Below are positions 33,461 through 44,216 of a stretch of DNA of 64,000 nt, in pieces. A program made the position numbers and the translations under genes. This stretch comes from Euglena gracilis (taxonomy: Eukaryota): the NCBI GenBank assembly GCA_039621445.1, contig CP154954.1, positions 15,085,805 through 15,149,804 of the forward strand. Reading direction: 5' to 3'. Every line of letters starts with the position of its first letter. Position 1 is the first letter of the stretch. The notes below the pieces were generated by a model. That model made no database searches. It was given only the letters and a program-made list of their open reading frames with translations, and was not told where the DNA came from.

Positions 33461-34486
33461 AAAGTGAAAAGCATTCCAGGTATCCTTGGTGTACTTGTAG
33501 ATCTGCTCAACATCCTGAAGGGGGGGAACACGCTGTAACACAGAACAACGGAATTGTGAATCATCGACACAAATGTCCATAGGACTGGTTCCAGGGGGGT
33601 CATGGGTTGGTTGGGCATATACCCAGTCATCGGTGATGCGCGATAGCGCGGAATGCGCGATATGCGCGGGATTCGCACTATGTGCGTCAAGCGCGATATG
33701 CGCGGGGGTGTTGGAGAGCGCCATAGGCGCATGGGGAGCGCTATGCGCAAATCCGAAAAGGGAGGCTATGCCTTTGCACTGTAGTGCTTGATTCACATTC
33801 GCGAATTGCGAAAAGCTTCCAAGTGTATGTGTGGGATGTTAACAACTACTAAGTGTATTGTTGGGTGCACTACCCATTGTACCAAGGCCATGTACCTTTT
33901 GGTTATCTATTAAATCCGTACCGGTTGTACCACTACCAAGTACATAGGTACCACTACCAAGTGTAGGGGGGTAAAAGTTCCCGGTTGCGGGATCCAAACG
34001 GATTAGTTTGGAAGATTCAACTAGACACCCACAATCAAAATCATGGTAAGCGGAGATTCTCCGACAGTGAGCGCATTGGTAGGAGGGTTGATGCATGTGG
34101 TGCGCGTTTGTGTGGGTGTCAGTGCATAAGTTGGTGTCGGTTGGGGTAGCTGCTGGGGGGTGTACAGGGATGTCTGAAATCGACACACCTGGTGGAAAAC
34201 GAAAAAGTTGGGCAGCTGGGCGGCTACTCGACACCGTAATTACTTCAGGCCTTTGGGCTTTCGCCTGGGAACCCAGCGAAACGTGCGGGGTTAAGCTACT
34301 GGCTTTCCCTACCGCATGGGAAACGAGCGGTAAAAGTGCGGTGGGTAGGGGGGCAGCTTTCTCTTTACCCCTAGGGTAGGAAACGGTGTTTTCGGTTGTG
34401 GAAAACGTTGTGGAAATGCAGGGGGACATCCCGGGGGATGTCACGGGAGACAAGTTTGGGGGTGTGGTGTGTATGTGGGGGGTAGT

Positions 34487-34870
34487 TCACAAACCGTGCG
34501 AAGGACAATCCACCACCAATCGGTGTTGCCGTAGGAATGGAAAACCGAGTATGACATCAGAACCGGCGATATTCTTCTCGAATGCCCAAGTACCCAGAAC
34601 ATTTTGGAATTGTGGGGGGGGGTGCTTCGGGATAATGGGGAGGACTATGTCCAAAATGCATCCCAAGTCACCACCGCACATGGGGCTGTTGTCTGCAGTC
34701 ATCATTTTGATGAGATTCTTGGCATGAACCAAGAGGGGGGTGGGTATAAGTCCTTTGCGGAAAAGAAGGGGGATTCGACATCCTGTGTCGACTAAAATTT
34801 TGGCTTGTGCACAAAAATTTTGCGTTTTAATTTTCGCTTGGACCAAAAGTTCCATGGGGGGTAGGCAAAG
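34487..34870 (-). CDS. Aspartic protease of element A
   Basis: AKILVDTGC..IKMMTADN..DVILGFPFL. Confidence 0.9.
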   Translation of the reverse strand, partial: LCLPPMELLVQAKIKTQNFCAQAKILVDTGCRIPLLFRKGLIPTPLLVHAKNLIKMMTADNSPMCGGDLGCILDIVLPIIPKHPPPQFQNVLGTWAFEKNIAGSDVILGFPFLRQHRLVVDCPSHGL

Positions 34871-35134
34871 CGAATGGTCGGGTGTAAAATTGTTGTCGCA
34901 CCAACTGTTCCATGACCCTTTGCTTACTTTGCTCAACATTCCAAGCAAAAATTTGGCGCGGGGAGTGGGGGACCCGAAAATTTTCCGGGTACCAACCAAA
35001 AAGACCGATGGGCAGGGGGGCAGGGTTGATCAGTTCCTACCTCCATCTGTTCATATGCCCAGAGGTCCGTGCCCTCAGACCTCGGGATCCCCTACTGCAT
35101 ATCGAAGTCGGCCTTTTGGCCTATGGTTGGCTTC

Positions 35135-38100
35135 CTAGAGTAAATTTGTGCGTATGGTGCGAATCGCATTCATGTCTTCCACCAACTCATCCTCGGTGCT
35201 CTCATCCCCCTCCCTGCCCGAGGCCAGGTCTTTTTCCTCGATAGAGGATATTTTGAAACCAACCCGCTGCCTATTGGCAGAACCGCGATTGGAATCGCGA
35301 CGACCATGGCTAGGACGGGGATAACAGGAACGGGGGCACTTGGATGAATGGTGGTCTTTAGACCCACAAAGGGAACAACGGTTTCGCGATTGTGATTGCC
35401 TTTTGGCATCATAGCGACGCGGGGAGCGCGTATCCGCTCGACCGCGATCAGATCGCGAAGAGGATGATCCACTTCGCGACCGAGATCGCAAAGAATCGCG
35501 ATTCGTATCCCGATTGCAGGTGGGGGGGCGGGGGGACCGACCACGCGGTATGAAACCACGTCCGCTATTGCGGTGGGGTGAACAGGAACGCGGTCTACCA
35601 TCACCCGATCGGTATCCCGATCGCTGCGAATGTGCAGAACGTGAAGAACGCGACCTCCAGGAAGAGAGGGATCCTCGGGGGCTCTTACTGCGATTTCGCG
35701 CTTGGGGATTGGGACACTCCCGAGACATATGTCCTGGTTGATTACACAAAAAGCAAACTTTGTCCGAAACTTGATCAGAAGAGCGCGAGTAGCGCGGTTT
35801 GGATTCCCGTGTGGGGGATTTGGGGTTTGAGCGCGGATGGCGCGTTTTGGAATCACTCGATGGTGATTTTGGTGATTTTGGGGAAGTAGTCCTTTGGACT
35901 GCATGGACTGAACCGGTGGGTACACCCGCGGTGTGGTGGTGGTGATACGCCGATTCAATCTGACCCAGAAGTTGTGATAACTTCATTTGTTTGGAAACAT
36001 AGTTCCATCTCTCATCGAGAGTCAAAATGTGTCCCGCGAGTTCCTCGCGGTTAATTTCCTTGATGAGTTTGGGGATATAGCGCAGTAATACCGCATCAAA
36101 TTGTTCTTTGATTTGCTCTTCCCCTAACTCATCAACTTCGGCTGCCAGTGGAAGCCACTTGGAGTACCATAAGTCTATCAAACTTCCATTTGCGGTCCGG
36201 GGGGGTAAATTGCCGCCATTTGTTTTCCAGACTGATTCTGGAAACCAAACTGGAGCATGATGAAGCATATTGCTCAACCAATTCCTCAAAAGAAATGCGC
36301 CTGCAGATGACTAATTTTCTGGCGCGTTCTTTTTCATCCCTTGGGAGGCAATCAATAAACTCCATCTTGATTACCTCTGGGTTATCATCTTGGGTGGGTC
36401 CCTTCAAATCCCAATAATATTCCCAGTCGCGGAAAAATTGTTTCCATGTGGTGGGGTCACCATAACATTGGGGCTTCACCTTGTTCGCTATCGCGATGGT
36501 GCCTTTGAAATCTTTCTGAGAAACCCGTTGCCCTTCGGTGGTATTCCAGGGGTGTGGGCCCGGGCGCGAAATTGCACCACGTGCAGGTACACCGGTGGTT
36601 GCACCAAGGGTATTGTTCGGGTAATTCTGCGAATGCGCACGGAACATACCACTTAGTGTACCATAGGTACCATGCAAATTTAGTGAATCGCGATTGCGCG
36701 AACGGTGATGCGGTTGCGCATGTAGGGGTGAGGTATCACATGGTTGCACCATTGGTGCTACTAAGCGAGTTTGGGAAGTATGACCAAAACCCAGTGTGGG
36801 GGTGCGGGCCATACCACGAATTAGTTCGGATTCCCGAATCTCTTGATATAAGAGGGGGGTGGGTCTGGTTTTCGCTTGAAAACTCGACTCGTCATCCGAA
36901 AACTCGTCCATTGGGCCTGGTAATGCTAGTGGGGGAACCACCGCATGAGCGGAAACGCGATTTGGTAGTAATGTGCCTGTGGACTCGGGGATTGTTGCGC
37001 GAGTGGCGCTTTTTGAGCTGGAAGCTGCGGCAAGTGTGCCAACCATACCCGATTGCGGGTTTTGATGGATGGAACGCAATTGTGCGTGAATTTGGTCCAA
37101 ATTTGTTGCAAACTCATGCACACTTTGCTCCAAATAGTCAACAACCTGCCAATTGTCGGTTATCCGACCCACATCCTCCTGCAAACGCCTAATCCGCCTA
37201 CGGTATGAGGGTAGCTCATCCAAAAGCGGGATTTTGTCGGATATCGACGGGAAATCGTGCGAAATTGCACCAAAACCAGTGTCCAATTCCTGTACTCTTG
37301 TCACCAACGTGCGCATCGCACTGTAAATGTTCTCCAATTGTGGATATGGCTTGGTGGGTTGGTCCGAATGCGGATCTTTGACTTTTTCAGCCATTTGCTG
37401 TTTCTGCAACACTGAAACTTGCGCGGATAGCGCGATAAGGTCATTTTGCAGTTTTGTGACATCCTGCTTCACCGTTTTCTCGGTGTTCATGAGACCATCA
37501 CAAAATCCTTGCATGATTTGGTGATTTTCCTCGCGCATTTCAGCGCGAATCTGGTCCAAGTGTGTGTTTGGGAGTGTGGGGGGAGGTGTTGGTAACGGCA
37601 ATGTGCCTTGGGGTGGTGATTGCACCTGAAGCATTTTTGTGCTCATTTCTTGCATGCGTTTGTGCAAATCCGCTATCGCGGTGTGAATGCCGGTAACATC
37701 CGGGATCCTACCAGCTACTTCCGCATGGCGGGTGTGCAACTTAGCCAATGAGGCTTCAATTTTACTAACATCCTGTTGTTACTGTTTGTGCAAGTCGGAC
37801 ATGGTGGCCTTGAGTCCGCTAATATGCGGTGTTGGTGCACGGGTTGCCGCATTGCGGTTCTGCAAATCCGTGATTGCGGTCCGGATTTCTATTGTGTCGT
37901 TTTGCCACTGTTGTTGCAAATTCTCAATCCTACTCGCGATATTCGCGATTTGCGTTTGAAAACTCACAATTTCAGCAAGAATTTCGCTACAATGGCAAGA
38001 TATCTGCTCCAATCGAGAAAGTCTTTCCTCCAATTGTTGCACATACGTGCGGGGGGCAAAACTTTCATTGGCTTGGGCGGAAAAGTGCGCAAAATTCGCG

Positions 38101-39308
38101 GAATCACCGCTCTACTGGGAAATGTGCTGTTGCGCTTCCTGAAATGCGGATGCAAGTGTGGAGAATTGCTCCAATGTGATAAATTGTCCCAAATCGGGAT
38201 TTTTGACGGAGATTTCATGCAACTTTTGCTGCAATTGTGGAAAAATTGCCGTAATTGGTTCCAATTGATGGGATAAAGCTTGCAAACTACGTTGCATGTT
38301 GGAGAAAATCGCATCATTGCGGGATTGTGTTTCACACATGGCTTAACTCACTTTTTGGAAGTGTTGTGGCAAATGTGCCTGCAAATGTGTGTCTAAACCT
38401 TGACGCAAAGTTGCTAGGTCCACATTGGTGGATTGAACATTTGTTCGGCAATATTCACCAACATCACGCACATAACTGCAAAGGTAATTCAGCTTGTGTT
38501 CTACAAACTTTTGGTTGTTTTCATCAAAATCCAAAACAGTGTTAAGTGTCATAGCGCAATCCGCTACACGGATTGAGTACACACTAAGTGTGGACATGGG
38601 AGATTTGCCGCGTTAGCGGGTGGTCCACTGGAAGATTTGCGACTATGCGCTGAATCACGGTAATGGGTTGAGGGGAAATATTTTTCAACTACTCCGCATC
38701 ACTGCTCATAGATTCTGTGGGACTTGCATAAGCCGGAACTGTCAAACGCATCTCCGGGTGCCATGGCAATGCCGGAAAAGAACCCGTATCGGGTGGTGCG
38801 GGCAATTGTCCAATCAGACTTGTGGGGGGAAGCATAGGTGGGGGCTGAAAGAAACATGGTGTTTCTAACCCACCCTCAACAAAAAGTTGCTGTGGCGTAT
38901 CCGCCTCAGAGTCAAATGTGCCTATCGGCACCAGTGCGAGATCTCGCCGTGGGAATGGGTGTTAGCCGATCGGCTTTCCAACAAAAGGGGTTGGGCCTGT
39001 TGGGCATGGGGTTGCTCTATAGAGCTGGAAACCAAAAGTGGTTGTGCCTGTTGGGCATGGGTTTGCTCTATAGAGCTTGACACCGATAAGTGTGGGGGTG
39101 CCCATCGGGCGGTGGGAGGATTATTCGACACAGACACCGATAGGTGTGACACACGCGGGGAAGGAGGATTACCTGCACAATGAGTCAATGCTTGAGTACC
39201 CCTATGGGGTTGAGAATCCTCATTGGAGCTAGTCAATGATGCCGCAGGTTCAAGTACTCGAAGTGATCCAATCAATGCAGCGTAGTCAATGGGAGTTGTG
39301 CTCTGCAT
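35135..39308 (-). pseudogene. gag: Very long gag of element A (coiled-coil N-terminus, capsid-like region, two CCHC knuckles); disrupted
   Basis: Begins MQSTTP; heptad-rich segments; WKQFFRDWEYYW; CFLCNQPGHMSREC and CSLCGSKDHHSSKC; RS-rich tail. Confidence 0.85.
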
Positions 39309-39540
39309 TTTTGAAGCAAAAACACAAAAACCAAGTGTAACTAGTGGGGTAAAATGCAGAAACAAGTGCAAAAAGATGGGATAGTATAAAAAGTAAGCAG
39401 AGACCCGAACTCTGAGGTTTGAAGCAGCGTATACTGCGAACCGTCAGAGGACGTGTCCGTGCGTACGGCTTTGGCCGGAAACGGCTTGTAGTGCCTGTGG
39501 TCGCCTATAGGCGGGGCACCACACGACCGTTTCCGGTCAA

Positions 39541-39567
39541 ATGGATCGAAAACCTAAACTGCTACCA
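39541..39567 (-). promoter_or_regulatory. Primer-binding site, initiator tRNA-Met type
   Basis: Minus strand TGGTAGCAGTTTAGGTTTTCGATCCAT directly after the 5' LTR. Confidence 0.85.
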
Positions 39568-40015
39568 AGTGTACGTCCAACCCTTTTCCTCGCTTTCGGC
39601 CTTTGGTGCGCAAGGTAAAAAGTTGGAGTAACAAAAGGGAAAAAAACTAAAATAATATAAAAGTTGTAAGCCCTTTTCCCCAATTAAGAGGCAGAGCACA
39701 AGGCAGGGGAGAAGCCCTATGGGCTACGACAATGCAAAGTACCAAGTGAATTGGCTGTCCTTTCAGGACTTCAAATGAAAACAAATCAAACTTGAAATTC
39801 AAGTAAGACAAAGTGAAAGAACAAAGTAGAAAATAGAAAATACCACCTGTGGAGAGGAGAACCAGAATAAGGATTAGGTATTCCTAATTCAGGCCGTTGG
39901 CCATCTTTAGGAATACCACCTAGCATAGTACTGTGTATGGGGCTCAGAGCTATATCTGGCCGTAGGCTTATACCTACATACACAGTACCATGGCCTTACG
40001 GCTGCCTGGTACACA
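39568..40015 (-). repeat. 5' LTR of element A
   Basis: Near-identical to 22620-23066. Confidence 0.95.
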
Positions 40016-40020
40016 GGCGG

Positions 40021-43000
40021 CTCAATTGGTCCAGTAGTCCCGGGATAAACCGTGACCAGCGAGGAGTTGCGTGGGAGTACTTCAGTGCCACAATGGATTT
40101 TCCTTCTGAAGATTTTCCAGAGAGATTATTCCTGCCAAATTTACTTGTCGTATCACCACAGATTTTTCAGAAAAGCGAAGTCCCAGCAGTTTTTCATGGG
40201 TTGCCACAGGATGTTAAGAACCGAGAAGATTTTTCACAATCAACTTGGCCAATTTCAGCACGAATTTAGACGAGTACCCAGATTTTTTTGGAATTTTCTC
40301 AATATTCCCACAGTTTTTGCCAACGGCATGCATTTTAAGCAATATTTATTGTGGGGGGCATGGGCCCATTTATAAACTGGCACGTATTTTCCCGCACAAA
40401 GGTGTTATCTCACAAAAGGTTCGTTCAGCTTTCAAGTGAAAAAAAAGTTAATTTTTCCTTTCCCCGTCACAGAAAGTTTCCTGTGACTTTGACAGATTTT
40501 CAGCCAAGCGGTCGAGATGGGTGATATCCTCCGTACGGGGAGATGGGGAGGAGGGAAGATCCTTGGTAGGAATGTGCAATGAGGAGAGTGCACGAAAGTT
40601 ATGTGGGATGGGATCTTTTCAGAAACGACCACAAAAACAGGCGGAGACCCAAGCCCGTCCCGTTTTGCAAATTTTCCTTTTACCCCCTAGTTGCTCCCTC
40701 CCTAGGCAACCTAGGTCCAGAGGTATGGGGAGCAACATTTTTGACACCCCTCGCTCAGATTTTGGTTTTCCCCAGGATGGTGTATTTTCCTTCCGTATTT
40801 TTTGCAAGTAACAGACTCACGAACAATACCTTCTTTGTATGCCCTCCAGGTAAGCGTGTTGGACTTTCCCGTTGAAACACATGAAACATTTCCATCTGTG
40901 ATTGCCCTGGTGCAACATTAGCTCACAGGGATTGGGGAAGGGGAAGGGATGATGGGGGAAGGCGCCGTTCTTTGTTGCCAAGATTCAATTTTTGTAGGTA
41001 TCCCATTTCGGGGCATGGTGAAAAATGACGCAAAAATAAACAGGTTTTCTTTTCATTAGCAGGATTTTACGCCAAAACTGTCCAGAGTTTCAACAACGTT
41101 TTTTAAGAAGGATTGGAAGTTTTTTTGAGACATAAATTTCCGACGCTTCAGAGTTTTGTCAAATGTGTCTCTGATGCGAATACGTGTCATGTGCTAAGAC
41201 AAGAATTTCCCCTTATTTTTCACCAAAAACGGTAGATCTAAAGCCAGAACGAAAAAGAAACTAGAAAGGAGTTGGCAAGGGAAAAAAGTTTGCTTATTTC
41301 ACTCAGTGGATGGTTGATTTCCATCGGACATGAATTGCTGATTTCCCCTAGCGATTTTCATTTCCCCCAAGCTCAAGTCCTGAGAATGATACAGGGATTT
41401 TTTGAACAAACGCAGAGGGGATGCAATTCAAAGGACCAGGTGACCCCCTCCTGATACGAGTCAACCCCGCGTTTGGTTGCAGGTAACCAAATTCGTTTAA
41501 AAAACACGAAACGAGAACGTTTCTCAAAATTTCACCAGAAAACCTCAGGAAGGGGGGGCGTCGTCAAAAACTTCTTCGAAAGTGGAAGAAGCACCGCTGC
41601 TAAACCCCAACCACACAACCTGTGTAATCAGAGCACCGTGTAAGTTTTGTGGTAAGGTTGGGAATAATACCTCTAACTGTGGGACAAAAAAAATGTGGAT
41701 GCAAATCACGCTCCCCCCAGCACCCAGTTTTGGGCCCCATGCCCATGGGGGTGAGGTGTATGTAAGTTGAGCCACCCGCTGTTGGACGGTCACGAGTTGT
41801 AAGCTCATATTACTCGCCGTGGCACGTCCTCAGACGGGGAAGTACACGAAAGGCCCGGTCAACCAGTTTCCACGTCGTTGCGTGTTGTTGCACGCGCCGG
41901 TGGATCCCCGCAGTATGCCATCTGCCCGTACGGGATCGACCAGAAGTCGCACGGCAGGACCTGGGTCTCGAACCCGCGTGTGAGCCCAGCACCTTACCGA
42001 ATAAGCTACTCCGGCGATATTCGGATTGGTACTACGCGCCGGCTACCTATCTCCCAGTCCGCCGCACACAGGAGGACGAGGCAAGTGGGGCGGGACGTAC
42101 AACTTTCATGACAAAGGTGGGAAAACTGCCCAAGTAAAAAATTGGCGAACGTTTCAGGGGCAGCACTTTTGTTCAAATGCCCCCAGCGCAAACTTTGTCG
42201 CATACAATATTTATGCCACAGTCAAGCACCTTTGTGGACAAAGTCCAGCGATTTTTCGGGATTAAAAGTACCAAAGGTTTTGGAGATTTTTACAGGAACA
42301 AAATCTGGAGGGTAGGTGGGCTTAGCTTTTTTGCATCCGTGCCTTGTACGAAATAGGGTCTAACACCCCACCACGTGTGCAGGAAATTTGGAGTATGCCG
42401 GGTTTCACACAAAAATAACACTTTCCAACACCTAATTTTCACAACCCCCCAGAAATTTTATTAAAATTACGTGAAACGGCCTCATGAAGGACCTTGAATT
42501 TTTGGAAGGGCAACTTTTTTTGGAGGTTGACTTTGTCTATGCGTTCCTTTTATATTTGGGGAATGGTGGAACGTTTTCCAAACCGCTTGTGTTCGGTTTT
42601 TTCGTGCAAGTGCACCATCCTCGGGTCCAAAAGATATTTTACCAATTTGGTGGAAATATATTCAGTGGGACGTCACATAAAAACTCCTGAGTCCCAGATT
42701 TTGTCATTTTTGAGGTTGATGGGAAACAGGAAAGGCATAATCCAAAGGGGGACGTTTTGTTGTTGGTCCCCAAGGGTGGCCCCTCACTAATGACCCATGA
42801 CAAAAGGGAATTTGTGTTTATCCCCAAATTTTTGAAAACGGTGGAGGTAGTTTGGGGAAAGAGAAGAAACAATGGGTTGAACCGTCGACCAATGAAAACT
42901 TTGAGTCTGCCGATTTTTCCCAAGGCAAAAATTCATACGTTTTTATGGGGCAATTGTGGGGGGTGGAATGTATTCAATTTCACAGGGTGTTTTGGGCGGG

Positions 43001-43630
43001 AGAAAATAATAACATCGAAATAAAACGTCAATGTGTTGTGCCGAAACAAACTTCAAGGAAATGAATGGAATTATTTACGGAGAGGATGTGAAACTCAACC
43101 CCCCCGTAAAGGACGGTGTGCAAGAATTTCAGAGTATTTTGGGAACGAAACTTGCCCAAGGAAAACACATGGCCGACGATTTTGTTCGTAATTTTGGGTT
43201 CGGAGGAACAATTTTTGAAATGCCAAGGAGACAAAAAATTAACAATTTTGGATTTTATTTCTGTAAAAGCAAAAGTTGGACAAATTTTCCAAGTGCATTT
43301 TTTCTCCAAAAGAGGTTACAATTTGAGCCAAGATTTGAGAGATGGCCGGGTGGGCACGGGTTGGTGTGACCCACCCAAAAAAACGAAACCGTAAGTCACA
43401 TTTCCTTTTCACTTTTGGGAAAAGTGATCAATTGCCATTGAGGGGAACTAACTCCGTGGTATGCGGGGTTTTTTTTTGTTGTTTCTGATATTTGGTGTTT
43501 GGTCGCGACAAGCAACATACCACAAAATTCAACAATACCCCCTAACAGAAAAGCGTGCAACACTCAAAAAGCGGGGAAAGACAAAAAAACGAAAACAAAA
43601 CAAAGTTTGTGAGACTAATGTCATGAGCAA
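40021..43630 (+). mobile_element. Highly degenerate retroelement-like remnants, including a possible old LTR at ~41757-42101
   Basis: Broken integrase-like reading (NGII..RM*NST..KNFRVFWE..W) at ~42900-43250. A segment TGTATG...GGACGTACA is preceded by purine-rich GGGGGTGAGG. Confidence 0.35.
41955..42015 (-). other. tRNA-like sequence with Pol III A/B-box motifs (not a complete tRNA)
   Basis: Minus strand GCCGGAGTAGCTTATTCGGTAAGGTGCTGGGCTCACACGCGGGTTCGAGACCCAGGT. Confidence 0.45.
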
Positions 43631-43641
43631 CGCTTCCAAAC

Positions 43642-43938
43642 TGTGTACCAGGCGTATGCTTCTGTCCACTTCCGTTAAGGAAGTTAGGATGGAAGCTGAT
43701 CCTTCTCTCTCCACAGGTGGTATTCTTATTCTTTTATATTCTTGTTCCTTCCTTTTCTCTGGACCGGACTTGGAAATCCAGTCCGTCCTCCCTGCATTGC
43801 TCTGTGCTCTGCTTCTTGGGAAGTGGGAAAAGGGTTTTTTCTGTTACTCTGATTTTCAGTTCCCAAGTAGGTGCGCCAAGGCGAAAGCGAAGGCTTTTTG
43901 TGAATTGGGAAAGGGAAATTGGGAATCAGACGTACACT
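43642..43938 (+). repeat. 5' LTR of element B
   Basis: TGTGTACCAGGC...GACGTACACT followed directly by TGGTAGCAG; same termini as element A LTRs. Confidence 0.8.
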
Positions 43939-44028
43939 TGGTAGCAGATTGGTTACGATCCTACACATACTTCACAGAAAGAAAGGCTACCAGGTATTAC
44001 ACTTGGTAGCAGATTGGTTCGATCCTAC
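43939..44028 (+). promoter_or_regulatory. Tandemly duplicated LTR-end/PBS
   Basis: TACACTTGGTAGCAGATTGGTT(A)CGATCCTAC occurs twice (~43933 and ~43998). Confidence 0.85.
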
Positions 44029-44216
44029 GCTGACTGGCAGCGCAGGGCCCCTGCACCGTTGTTACACGGTCGCAGCGTCAGCTCGCGGCTTCTAGTCAAC
44101 GTCTAAGCAGACGAGCAGGCTCCGGAAGGCTCTGTACGGATTACCCGTTACAGCCCCTCTGGTGCCAGCACATCTGCTTAGTTTTGTGGGTTTTTGCTGT
44201 TTTTGTCATCAGAAAG

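Larger units (their letters stand above)
22620..40015 (-). mobile_element. Full-length (17.4 kb), decayed Ty3/Gypsy chromovirus-type LTR retrotransposon, element A
   Basis: Direct LTRs at 22620-23066 and 39568-40015, with about 10-11 differences by eye. 5-bp TSD GGCGG (22615-22619, 40016-40020). PBS and PPT present. Order gag-PR-(MTase)-RT-RH-IN-chromodomain. Confidence 0.96.

Noticed and set aside
29708-34870. DIRS element, suggested by the MT domain
   Set aside because: It has an aspartic protease, DDE integrase, direct LTRs and a 5-bp TSD, and no tyrosine recombinase.
35000-35140. Programmed stop readthrough between gag and pol
   Set aside because: Both elements have an in-frame TAG near the junction but at non-equivalent positions in decayed copies, so it cannot be separated from mutation.
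41955-42015. Functional tRNA gene
   Set aside because: No complete acceptor stem or canonical arm order; kept only as tRNA-like.
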